Shown here one piece after another: positions 49,200-58,657 of a stretch of 64,000 nt of DNA. How positions within the stretch are numbered: position 1 is the stretch's first letter; every line of letters begins with the position of its first letter. A program made the translations under genes and the position numbers. This stretch comes from a virus. Lineage: Duplodnaviria > Caudoviricetes. The stretch lies in IMG/VR virus record IMGVR_UViG_3300035505_000313, positions 11,501-75,500 of that record. One strand, 5' to 3'. The notes beneath the pieces were generated by a model. The model had not been told where the DNA came from. It did not search any database and saw only the letters and a list, made by a program, of their open reading frames with translations.

Positions 49200-49685
49200 A
49201 TGACAGCTAAAGAAAAAAGAGCTAAAGTAAAGAAAGCATTATTGTCTAGAGTAGGTAAAAATACATATACTCAAGGTGCTAATAGAACTCAGGTTGGTTC
49301 TGGGTATGGTGACTGTTCAGCTACATCAAGATGGGCATATCTATCTACTCATAAGATTGATATTGGTATCAATACTGAAGCTCAGCTTAAATCTTCTAAG
49401 AGTAAGAAAGTCGATGTTAAGATTACGAATGGTATTCCTCAGAAGTCTAAACTTCGTGTCGGTGACTTATTCTACTTTAGAGGAACAAATGATTCTCGCT
49501 ATCAAGGGGTAGGACATGTTGAGGTTTATATTGGTAATGGTAAGCTTTGTGGTCATGGTTCTGGTAAAGGACCTACTATCAAGGATATGGAAGCTTACTG
49601 TAAGTATAGACAAAATGCCAAGTCTACTTCTAAGCTTAAGAATCAAGGTCTTATTGAAGTAAAACGTGTATTCTTTGATGATTAA
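49200..49685 (+). CDS. NlpC/P60 cell-wall peptidase (endolysin-like)
   Basis: YTQG...GDCS, GDLFYF, GHVEVYIGNG..CGHG catalytic Cys/His/His. Confidence 0.82.
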   Translation: MTAKEKRAKVKKALLSRVGKNTYTQGANRTQVGSGYGDCSATSRWAYLSTHKIDIGINTEAQLKSSKSKKVDVKITNGIPQKSKLRVGDLFYFRGTNDSRYQGVGHVEVYIGNGKLCGHGSGKGPTIKDMEAYCKYRQNAKSTSKLKNQGLIEVKRVFFDD

Positions 49686-49711
49686 TGTAAAATATAAAGG
49701 AGATAAAACAA

Positions 49712-50437
49712 GTGGATATTAAAGGAAAGCATATAGAATTTGCAAAGATTTTAGTAGGCTGCTTAGTGGTTATTTACTATGTATTTTATGTATTTTCAAT
49801 AATATACTGGTTTAAGGAAGATAGATATATCGAGGATATGCTTGATTATATCTATCGTCCTTTTGCTGTTGTAGTTTCGGCTTACTTAATTCAATCTTCT
49901 TTGCAAAACAAAAATGATATTAAAGCAAATTATACAGAAGAAAAGAAAAAATCTTTCACTTTTTCTAAGTTCCTAACGATTCAAATCATTATTGCTTTTT
50001 TAATATCAATTATATTCTTTTCAATATCATGGATATTCTTAGATAGATTTCCTACAGCTTTATTTAATTATATTTCTTTACCTTTTATGACTATATTACC
50101 ATCATATATAGCTAAAGATATTATAGAAAAAAGAGCTATATCTAGAAATGATATTAACACAATAGGAAATATAGTTGATATTATTTGTGATGTATATCAA
50201 AATGGAAGTTCTTTTGGAAGTACTTCTCATACTGATGCTTTACAAAACATTAGAGGAGCTTTAAGTGGAACTCAAGAAGATGATGATAATGAGGAACAGG
50301 AGGAATTTTCTGAAGAAGAAGATACTTATACAGAAGAAAGTGAAGAACCAATAGAAGAAGAAGTTGAAGAAGAAAAGCCTAAAGTAAAGAAAAAGAAAAG
50401 TAAGAAAAAAACTGAAGAAGAGGAAGGAACTGAATAA
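49712..50437 (+). CDS. Membrane protein with a duplicated holin-like two-TM module and an acidic/basic tail
   Basis: Two similar F(A/S)K...TM...DR...(D/N)YI..PF...Y modules; next to NlpC/P60. Confidence 0.5.
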   Translation: MDIKGKHIEFAKILVGCLVVIYYVFYVFSIIYWFKEDRYIEDMLDYIYRPFAVVVSAYLIQSSLQNKNDIKANYTEEKKKSFTFSKFLTIQIIIAFLISIIFFSISWIFLDRFPTALFNYISLPFMTILPSYIAKDIIEKRAISRNDINTIGNIVDIICDVYQNGSSFGSTSHTDALQNIRGALSGTQEDDDNEEQEEFSEEEDTYTEESEEPIEEEVEEEKPKVKKKKSKKKTEEEEGTE

Positions 50438-50692
50438 ATGCAACCGTTTAGAAGTGAAACAGATAGACCTATTTCACCTTGTAAGGATTGTAAAGATAGG
50501 TCTATAGAACCTGTTAACTGTCATACTAATTGTGAGGCTTACTTAAAATACAAGAAAGAAAATGATGAGTTTTCTGAAAAGTATAAAAATTTTAGAATAA
50601 ATGAAGCTGACCTTGTAAAGAGGAAAGCTGTTCTAAAAGCATTAAAAAAGAGACGTGAATCTAAAAGTAAACCTTACAAAATATTTTTCTAG
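50438..50692 (+). CDS. Small Cys-rich phage protein
   Basis: PCKDCKDR...CHTNCEAYLKYK. Confidence 0.55.
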   Translation: MQPFRSETDRPISPCKDCKDRSIEPVNCHTNCEAYLKYKKENDEFSEKYKNFRINEADLVKRKAVLKALKKRRESKSKPYKIFF

Positions 50693-50704
50693 GAGGATTT
50701 TATT

Positions 50705-51058
50705 ATGTGTAATGGTTTAATTATAGCATTAGCTATCGTTGCTATTGCTGTTATTTTGGCTGTTGTAGGAGTTATACTTCTTTGTAAGTATAATTCAAAC
50801 TTCAAGAAGATTATTCTGCCACAGTTAGCTCGTTTAGCTGTAGTAGAAGCTGAAAAGTATCTAGGTAGTAATACTGGTAAATATAAGTTTAGTTATGCAA
50901 TGAATTACATATACGGAAAGTTACCTGCATTGATTAAGACTTTTATTTCAGAAGCAGAACTTACAACTATGATAGAAGATTCAGTTACAATTTTGACTAA
51001 CTTCTTAGCTTCTGGTGGTGACTTATCAGATTACCTAACTAAGACTTCTGATGTATAA
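50705..51058 (+). CDS. Holin, LL-H-like
   Basis: N-terminal TM, then LAVVEAEK....TGKYKFSYA...LTTMIEDSV. Confidence 0.7.
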   Translation: MCNGLIIALAIVAIAVILAVVGVILLCKYNSNFKKIILPQLARLAVVEAEKYLGSNTGKYKFSYAMNYIYGKLPALIKTFISEAELTTMIEDSVTILTNFLASGGDLSDYLTKTSDV

Positions 51059-51167
51059 TATATAAATTTGAGAGGAATGATGAAACTACATCATTCCTCT
51101 CTTTTTGTCTAAAAATTTATGTTAACACAATCATAACTATAAAACTTAGAGAAAAGGAGTAAGTAAA

Positions 51168-52247
51168 ATGCCAAATATTATTATTAACACAGCGTGTAAC
51201 TTAAGATGTAGATATTGCTTTGCAGATGATTGTAAAGCAAATAATGTAAATATCAATATGACTATGAAGAACTTCAAGAAAGCATTAGACTTTGTTTCTA
51301 GAACAGATAACTATATTGGTATTCTTGGTGGTGAACCTTTGATTCATCCAGATATTGATTCTATGATTATGCAAGTTATTATGGATGACCGCTATGTAAG
51401 TACTACTATTTTTACTAATGGTATTGAAGTAGATAATCATCTTGGTATCTTTGCTAATCGTAAAGTAGGATGTCTTATCAACTTCAATTCAGAAGAAAAC
51501 ATTGAGAATAAAGAGAATGAAGAACGAGTAATTGATAACATTGGTCAGCTAATTGCTCTTAAGAAAGACCAAGATTGTAATGACCCTAATGTTCCTAAAC
51601 CAGACAATCAAATCAATATGGGTTGTAACATTTGGAAACCTGACCAGAACTTTGATGTATTGATTGATACATTGCATAAGTATGATAGACATAATTTAAG
51701 AATATCTACTGTAGTTCCCAATTCAACTGGTAAGAAAGGTATGAACCCTATTGCATATTTCAAGGAAATGAAACCTACAGTAATGAGGTTATTTGATATG
51801 CTTTATGAGATTGGTTGTGTTCCTAAATCAGATTGTAACTATATTCCTACATGTGTATTTACAGAGGAAGAATTAAATGATTTGGAAAGACGTTTTGTTC
51901 CATTAGCACAGAAATATAATCTTGATTTCAATATCACAAGAAACACTACATGTCAGATGGGTCCGATTGATATCTATCCTGACCTTACTGTTGCAAGATG
52001 TTTTGGGTTCTCTGAGCATGATAGACAGAATATTGATGACTATTTTGATATCAATGGAATCAGAAACTATTTCATTAAGACAGTAACGAATCTTGTTCAT
52101 TACGTTCCTTCACAAGAAGAATGTAAGGATTGTTATTCATTCAAAACACTTCAGTGTACTGGTGGATGTTGTGCATATAAGACTGAAGAAGTAGATAGAT
52201 TGAGAGGTGAGATGGATGCCATTAAAGGACTTGATAACGATAGGTAA
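51168..52247 (+). CDS. Radical SAM enzyme with a C-terminal SPASM/twitch-like domain
   Basis: CNLRCRYC, ILGGEP, IFTNG; CQMGPIDIYPDLTVARC...CKDC...CTGGCC. Confidence 0.88.
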   Translation: MPNIIINTACNLRCRYCFADDCKANNVNINMTMKNFKKALDFVSRTDNYIGILGGEPLIHPDIDSMIMQVIMDDRYVSTTIFTNGIEVDNHLGIFANRKVGCLINFNSEENIENKENEERVIDNIGQLIALKKDQDCNDPNVPKPDNQINMGCNIWKPDQNFDVLIDTLHKYDRHNLRISTVVPNSTGKKGMNPIAYFKEMKPTVMRLFDMLYEIGCVPKSDCNYIPTCVFTEEELNDLERRFVPLAQKYNLDFNITRNTTCQMGPIDIYPDLTVARCFGFSEHDRQNIDDYFDINGIRNYFIKTVTNLVHYVPSQEECKDCYSFKTLQCTGGCCAYKTEEVDRLRGEMDAIKGLDNDR

Positions 52248-52809
52248 TATAGTACTATTAAGTATTATATTTCCATTGATTATTGTCAGTATTGTTCTTT
52301 TTGTTAAAAATATTAACTTAAACAAAGATAATAATAATTTAACTTCTTTAGTTCAGCAATTAAGACTTAAAGCTACTACATATACATTTGAAAAAGATAT
52401 GGAATTCTTACAATACCTTATTGGATATAAATGTAATATGTATGTCTCTATTTATTTAGACCCGATAGATAAGATTCGTTCTAAGATTATCAATGGTGAC
52501 GAATTAGATGAAGCTGTAGAGACTATAGTTACTGACATTGAAGTTTCCATGTCTGAAAGTTATAGGAATACTTTACATAAGTACTTCTATGTAAGCCAAG
52601 ATGAAAAACACGATATGTTAACTAATTACATTACTGAAATCGTTCTTGATACTATGACGAAAGTGATAAATGAGAAGAACGGAAAGAAAATGCGTAGTTG
52701 GAAGATTACTGAGAATCTGGAATCTAACAAAGAAACTATCTTTGGTAGACATTCAGATATTGATGAACCATCTGACAGCACAACCCAAGCAACTAATAAA
52801 ACTACTTAA
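52207..52809 (+). CDS. Membrane-anchored hypothetical protein
   Basis: N-terminal TM segment; 200 aa. Confidence 0.6.
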   Translation: MRWMPLKDLITIGNIVLLSIIFPLIIVSIVLFVKNINLNKDNNNLTSLVQQLRLKATTYTFEKDMEFLQYLIGYKCNMYVSIYLDPIDKIRSKIINGDELDEAVETIVTDIEVSMSESYRNTLHKYFYVSQDEKHDMLTNYITEIVLDTMTKVINEKNGKKMRSWKITENLESNKETIFGRHSDIDEPSDSTTQATNKTT

Positions 52810-52970
52810 GATTTGCCATTGTATAGTAGAAAAACTCCTAAAGATTAGTTATCTCGGTAACATTAAGAGTAATGTAATTTGTTATATAAGCCGCTTAGAA
52901 TCGAAAGGTTCTAAGCGGTTATTTATTGTAAACAATTCTATAAAGTACTTTATAGAAAGAGGGTGTTACA

Positions 52971-53678
52971 ATGAAAAAACCCAAGAATATGGCAACTACA
53001 AAGAAATGTCCAGAGTTAACTAAGGAAGAAGAAGTTGTCGTAGAAATTACAGAGACAAAACCTTATAATTGGTGCTTCACTGATTATGAAGATGATAAGA
53101 AGGTTTTGAATTATATTAAGTCTATTGAACGTTTAGTAAGAGGTTCTTTGGAGTATAGAAACTATATCAAATACTTAAAAGAAGAACAAGACCTTACACA
53201 ATGTGCTTTTTTTAAGAATATTGATATTAGTAAGATTAATGGAGTTACGATTGAATTTCATCATTATCCATTTAATCTATATGAAATTGTAGATACAGTA
53301 TTGAAGGCTCAAACTGGTTTCTATTCTCACTATGTAAATACATTCGATATTGCAAATGAAGTAATGAGACTACATTATGAAAACATGGTTGGTTTAGTTC
53401 CTTTATCAACCACTGTACACGAGTTAGCTCATAATGGTGAGGTATTCATTAATTTTGATGCTGTTTATGGTAATGTACAAGGATTCATGGATACTTACCA
53501 TGATTACATAGACCCAGAACTTATTTCAACAATCAAGAGATTGGATGAATTAAGTGAAAAACATGCAATGCAATCTAACAATTTTATACTTAAAAAGAAG
53601 TTTCAAAAAATTATTATGGAAGACAGAGAGATTAAAACTTATACTTCCAATAATGGTGAAGCTAAACTTATAGCTTAG
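52971..53678 (+). CDS. HNH-like protein (paralog of 60616-61350)
   Basis: IEFHHYPF...VGLVPLSTTVHELAH. Confidence 0.5.
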   Translation: MKKPKNMATTKKCPELTKEEEVVVEITETKPYNWCFTDYEDDKKVLNYIKSIERLVRGSLEYRNYIKYLKEEQDLTQCAFFKNIDISKINGVTIEFHHYPFNLYEIVDTVLKAQTGFYSHYVNTFDIANEVMRLHYENMVGLVPLSTTVHELAHNGEVFINFDAVYGNVQGFMDTYHDYIDPELISTIKRLDELSEKHAMQSNNFILKKKFQKIIMEDREIKTYTSNNGEAKLIA

Positions 53679-53681
53679 TAG

Positions 53682-53893
53682 ATAGAGCTTGCTATGATAT
53701 ATAACTACTTACTTTTGAATAAATTTCATTATTTTCCATTATAGTATACTTTGGACATGATATACTAATAAGAAGATTGTTTGTGCTTCTTGTTGATGGA
53801 GACCTCCTATACTAAGTTTTTTTGACTACGCAAAATTACTGCTTACATTTCGATTTACAAATTAACACGCACCACTTATATCATAGCATCTAT
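53682..53893. ncRNA. Candidate structured non-coding RNA
   Basis: ORF-free region closed by a 12 bp perfect terminal stem (53690-53701 with 53877-53888), with internal hairpins. Confidence 0.35.
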
Positions 53894-54001
53894 TTTTCAT
53901 ATATTTGCGAAAGTTCCCTTAATGCTTACATAGCATTAAGGGGATTTTATTGCAAAATATATCAAATAACACTTTATTATATTAAAAGGAGGTAAAAATT
54001 T

Positions 54002-54835
54002 ATGGCAGATAATTCAGTTTCAATAGTTATTCCTGCTTACAATGCTGAAAATACTATTGAAAATACTTTAGATTCTATTAAGAATATGAAATTCCAAAAT
54101 ACAGAAGTAATCATAGTTGATGACGGTTCTAAAAATGGTTATAACTATTTAAAAGAAAAGTATCCTACGTTAGACATAAGAATTTTTAAAAATCCTGAAA
54201 ATTTAGGTGTTGCACTCACTAAAGATGTTTGTCTTTCAAAAGCCAATTATAAATGGGTAACTATAGTTGATTCTGATGACTTAGTTACACCAAACTTTTT
54301 AGAAGAATTTTCTGATGAAGATTTTTGCAATCATCTTGAAAATGTTGGGTTAGTTCAATATTCTGCAATGTGTATTGGATGGAGACAAGAAAATTGTCTC
54401 CAAAATTTTACAAAAGAACCTAAAAAATTAGACTTACCTAATATTTTTAAAATTGCTGATACATTTTCATCTTTAATTGAAAATCCTTTATTATCTTGTA
54501 TTCCTGTACACCCTTTGATAATAGAACAAGGGTTTGATAATACATATGAAAAAAATTGGGATAGTTACAATTTTAAAATGGTTCAACCTGAATGTGAATA
54601 CTTTGAACATGGTAAAATATATAGAACTGAATCAATTAGACAAAGAGGAATTGTGCATGAAATAGGTTTGCCTTTTGGAGAGGACTATAAGTTTAATATG
54701 TTATATAATGAATATATGCTTAAAAATCAAGAAAATACATTAACTATGTGTAAAATTGGTTACATATATTGTAGAAATGTAGATTCTATAATGGCTAAGT
54801 ATGAATATAAAAAAGGAGGAGATGACAATGGATAG
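54002..54835 (+). CDS. GT2 glycosyltransferase
   Basis: VSIVIPAYNAE, IIVDDGS, IVDSDD, GEDYKFN. Confidence 0.88.
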   Translation: MADNSVSIVIPAYNAENTIENTLDSIKNMKFQNTEVIIVDDGSKNGYNYLKEKYPTLDIRIFKNPENLGVALTKDVCLSKANYKWVTIVDSDDLVTPNFLEEFSDEDFCNHLENVGLVQYSAMCIGWRQENCLQNFTKEPKKLDLPNIFKIADTFSSLIENPLLSCIPVHPLIIEQGFDNTYEKNWDSYNFKMVQPECEYFEHGKIYRTESIRQRGIVHEIGLPFGEDYKFNMLYNEYMLKNQENTLTMCKIGYIYCRNVDSIMAKYEYKKGGDDNG

Positions 54836-55979
54836 AAACTCGGTTTCAATTATTATTCCTGCTTATAATGCAGAAAACACTATAGATATCCCTTTACGTT
54901 CTATCAAGAATATGAAATTCAAAAATGTAGAAGTAATCATAGTCGATGATGGTTCTAAAAATGGATATCATTATCTCAAGAGAAAATATCCTTCTCTTGA
55001 TATTAGAATCTTTGAGAATGACCACAATCGTGGTGTATCGTATACTAAGGACTTTGGTGTATCTAAAGCTAAATGCCCTTGGGTTACATTCTTGGATTCT
55101 GATGATGCTGTAAGTAGAAATTTCTTAGAGGAATTTAATACTAGAGATTACTGCTTAAATGGATTTCCAGAAAAATTGCTAATTGAATATGCTCATATTG
55201 ACATTCGTCAGTTCATAGACGTTCATCAGTTAGTAAAAAGAAAACCTAGCAAATTATTTTTAAAGAGTGACATGGACATCTTAGTTGAAAAATTTAATCA
55301 AAACATATCATCATTCTTTACTAGTAATGGCACACCTGACAGCCAATATCCTATTATGGAATGGAGAAATGGTCAGATTTATGCTTTGTCACATGACCCT
55401 ACTAGATTGTGGGTAGAACATGGCAAAGTATATAGAAAAGCTCTTATTGATAGATTCAATATCACTCATCCAGAGGGTGTTACATTTGGTGATGATACTT
55501 ATTTCAATAAGTTATTTTTCTATCATTGCAAACCTAAAGAAATTTATCAGGTTCATAGAAATGGTTACATTTATATGTATACCAAAGGTTCTTTGACTAA
55601 TTTAGTAGATAGTGATGCTTCTAGTCAGAATTACTTTGAAAAGTCATTTATACCAGAGAATCTTAAGATGGCTTGTATGTTGAACAAAGCTCTTAGAAAT
55701 GAGCTTAATCTACATCCTGACTATAATAAGAAAGCTTCAGATGTAGATATTATCACATTTGCATTGAATATCTATCTATTTGGAAATAATGTTAAGAATA
55801 TTGATTCCATTAAAGAATATGCTTTCCCATTCTTCTTAGAAGAATTACATATTATAGATAAGAGAGATTTAAGTGAAGTTCTTAGTAAGAATCTAAATAT
55901 GGATGACTACAAAGATAAAGAAAAAGAGATTGATAATTTCTGTGAATATTATCACTTATGGCTTGATAGCCTTCGGTAA
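54801..55979 (+). CDS. GT2 glycosyltransferase (tandem paralog)
   Basis: VSIIIPAYNAE, IIVDDGS, FLDSDD, GDDTYFN. Confidence 0.88.
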   Translation: MNIKKEEMTMDRNSVSIIIPAYNAENTIDIPLRSIKNMKFKNVEVIIVDDGSKNGYHYLKRKYPSLDIRIFENDHNRGVSYTKDFGVSKAKCPWVTFLDSDDAVSRNFLEEFNTRDYCLNGFPEKLLIEYAHIDIRQFIDVHQLVKRKPSKLFLKSDMDILVEKFNQNISSFFTSNGTPDSQYPIMEWRNGQIYALSHDPTRLWVEHGKVYRKALIDRFNITHPEGVTFGDDTYFNKLFFYHCKPKEIYQVHRNGYIYMYTKGSLTNLVDSDASSQNYFEKSFIPENLKMACMLNKALRNELNLHPDYNKKASDVDIITFALNIYLFGNNVKNIDSIKEYAFPFFLEELHIIDKRDLSEVLSKNLNMDDYKDKEKEIDNFCEYYHLWLDSLR

Positions 55980-56067
55980 AAAGGTATTGAATTGAATGGG
56001 TTGAAGGTGTAGAAATCTTCAACCTGTTTTTATTCATATATTATTAAACCGAAAGGAGGAATTAAAC

Positions 56068-56820
56068 ATGAAATATTTCCTATTGACACTTGTTAACATG
56101 GACTGTAAAAGCCTATGGGTAGAGGAAAATAACATTCCTTTCCGTAAGAAATATACACGTCCACAACACTCAGTTGTTTATGAGGACTGTTTTTTCAATG
56201 TAGATAACATTGATATTTTAAGTAGTAAGCCTGAATCCCTTACTATCGTAGGTGAAGACCACATCAATGACAAATTACATATCTCAGATGTGTATAATGT
56301 GTATTCAGATGGTGGCTCATTTAATAACGGTGGTAGAGACAAGGACTTACCAGTCTTCGGTAGTACAGCTACTATTGTAACTCGCAATGGTAAAGAAATT
56401 TGGAAACATAAGAAGGCAAAGGAAGATGTTACTAATAACTATTGTGAGTTAAAAGCTGGAATCTTAGGTGTGAAATATATACTTGAGAAATGTAATCCAG
56501 CTTTGGGTTCTGTTATTATTATGAACTCAGATTCTCAGTATTTAATGAAGGGAATCAATGAATGGTTAGCTAATTGGGTAAAAAGGGGTTGGAAAAACAA
56601 TGAAGGAAATCCTGTATCCAATGCTAAACTATGGAAAATGGTTGAGAAGTACATCAATGATAAATCGTTTAGTCTTCTTACATGTTGGGTGAGAGGTCAT
56701 CAGGAAGTTGGTGATTCTAAAGTAGTAGAATACAATAACGAATGTGACTACATGTGTAATGAAGCTCTGAATGATATTCTATTAGAGAATGGACTTCCAA
56801 CTAGAAAACTTAAAAGGTAG
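56068..56820 (+). CDS. rnhA: Ribonuclease HI
   Basis: YSDGG, TNNYCEL, SDSQY, WKNNEGNPVSNAKLW, WVRGH, NNECD. Confidence 0.88.
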   Translation: MKYFLLTLVNMDCKSLWVEENNIPFRKKYTRPQHSVVYEDCFFNVDNIDILSSKPESLTIVGEDHINDKLHISDVYNVYSDGGSFNNGGRDKDLPVFGSTATIVTRNGKEIWKHKKAKEDVTNNYCELKAGILGVKYILEKCNPALGSVIIMNSDSQYLMKGINEWLANWVKRGWKNNEGNPVSNAKLWKMVEKYINDKSFSLLTCWVRGHQEVGDSKVVEYNNECDYMCNEALNDILLENGLPTRKLKR

Positions 56821-56830
56821 GTGACACTAA

Positions 56831-57721
56831 ATGGGGAAAAACCAGATTAATCTGGAACACAAATTTGAAACATTACGGAGTGCCACAATTAGATATCCAC
56901 TATCTAGATTCAATATAAGAGATTTAGAAGGGATACCACTTCGTAATAAGTGCAGAATTGAGGTAACTGGTAAGAATAAGAATTCTGCTAAAGAAAAGGA
57001 CATCAAGTTTGAAGCCTTGTTAACTGACAAGACACAAAAGAAGATTCAAAGTTACAAGAAGTTTAGACCATCTGTTACAACAGATTACAATGAGAAGCTT
57101 AATAAGTACATAATGATTTACTCTGATGGTGGCGTATTTAATCATGGGTATTCATTATCAGACCAGTGTGATAAGACATTTGGTGCAGTAAGTTGTGTTA
57201 TCATCAATGAAAAAGGTGAGAAACTATATGCAGGTGCAAAACTGGTTGATGGTGAATTTACATCCAATGAGTTAGAGGTATATGCGTGCTTACTTGGCTT
57301 AAGATGGTTGTTTAAGAATAATATTGGTTTATTTACTGAGGACAATAAAACTCCTATTATAGTAAACACAGATAGTGAGTTCTTGTTCTCATGTATTACA
57401 GATAGGTCAATATTAGACAAGAATGTCAAACGATGTATCAGGAGAACTGAGAATAATAACGTTTGGAATGAGAACTTGAAAATATTGTTGACTGAATTAA
57501 GCTATATGTTAACTACTCCTTCTAAGGGTATTTATGGTAGTTGGGTTAGGTCACATAGTAGAGGTAATGACAATATCCATGATTATAATATCTTGTGTGA
57601 TGTGGTTTGTAATATGCTTATCAATAAACACTTAGATGACATTAACATGGATGACACTAAGAAACGTCGTATATCTGATGACTTTAAGAGATATATGGAC
57701 ATGATTGAGGAGGAAGAATAG
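56831..57721 (+). CDS. Second, divergent RNase H-family protein
   Basis: YSDGG, TSNELE, TDSEF, WVRSH, NILCD. Confidence 0.75.
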   Translation: MGKNQINLEHKFETLRSATIRYPLSRFNIRDLEGIPLRNKCRIEVTGKNKNSAKEKDIKFEALLTDKTQKKIQSYKKFRPSVTTDYNEKLNKYIMIYSDGGVFNHGYSLSDQCDKTFGAVSCVIINEKGEKLYAGAKLVDGEFTSNELEVYACLLGLRWLFKNNIGLFTEDNKTPIIVNTDSEFLFSCITDRSILDKNVKRCIRRTENNNVWNENLKILLTELSYMLTTPSKGIYGSWVRSHSRGNDNIHDYNILCDVVCNMLINKHLDDINMDDTKKRRISDDFKRYMDMIEEEE

Positions 57722-58190
57722 TATGGATGATAATAAGAAAGCACAGATAAACAAGGAATTTGAAACACTTGAAAACCAACTTAAGGATATAAATTCCAAG
57801 TTAAGTAAGCTTAATACTGACTTAGATACATATCAATCAAACGTTAACACTAGCAAGAAAGATTTTGATACTATATCTTCAATATTAACAAATAGCAAGA
57901 ACGTATCAGATTTTGATTATGAATCTTTAAGCCAAATTAAAAGTTTACTTGATGATTTAATACTTCATGGTAAAAAATATGACCATAATAATCATGTAGA
58001 ATCTATTGAAGACATAGTAACTAGTTATCCAATGGTACGTTCTTTAAATGTATCAAACGGACCAAGTGCTGAAACATTTCAAAGATATACAAGAATAATA
58101 ACTTTACATGATGATAAGGTTAATAAATTAAAAGAACTTATTAAAGTAATAGTTAAGAGTGCTGGCATATCTATTGATGATTTAATTTAG
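57705..58190 (+). CDS. Coiled-coil hypothetical protein
   Basis: 161 aa with heptad periodicity in the N-terminal half. Confidence 0.6.
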   Translation: MRRKNSMDDNKKAQINKEFETLENQLKDINSKLSKLNTDLDTYQSNVNTSKKDFDTISSILTNSKNVSDFDYESLSQIKSLLDDLILHGKKYDHNNHVESIEDIVTSYPMVRSLNVSNGPSAETFQRYTRIITLHDDKVNKLKELIKVIVKSAGISIDDLI

Positions 58191-58203
58191 GAGGAATAAT
58201 AAC

Positions 58204-58398
58204 ATGAATAAGAAAATGTATTACAGAGACATCGAGGGTAACTTCCCAGAGTTTGATGAAGAAGATATTGTAGAGGTTCTTTACCCAGTTAAGAGTAAGA
58301 CTTACAATCCAGATGATGAAGAAATGTATCGTGTAAAACTTGCAAACGGTCATGAGATTGATGCTCTTGCCGAGGAAATGGTTGTATATGAAGCATAG
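58204..58398 (+). CDS. Small hypothetical protein
   Basis: 64 aa with an AGGAGG RBS. Confidence 0.6.
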   Translation: MNKKMYYRDIEGNFPEFDEEDIVEVLYPVKSKTYNPDDEEMYRVKLANGHEIDALAEEMVVYEA

Positions 58399-58407
58399 GA
58401 GGTTATT

Positions 58408-58638
58408 ATGGCAAAACAGGATATGATAGAACTTGAAGGTATCGTTACTGACAATCTTAGGGGAGATATGTTCAAGGTAGAGGTTACATTAAATAATGGA
58501 AAAACACATGAAGTATTGTGCACTATCTGTGGTAAGATTCGTAAGAATCATATCAAGATAATTCCTGGTGACAAGGTGGATGTTGAATTAAGTCCTTATG
58601 ATTTAACAAAAGGACGTATTTCATACAGATATAAATAA
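58408..58638 (+). CDS. infA: Translation initiation factor IF-1
   Basis: [11 protein letters not shown]...[35 protein letters not shown]. Confidence 0.96.
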   Translation: MAKQDMIELEGIVTDNLRGDMFKVEVTLNNGKTHEVLCTICGKIRKNHIKIIPGDKVDVELSPYDLTKGRISYRYK

Positions 58639-58657
58639 TAACAAGGAGGAACTTACT

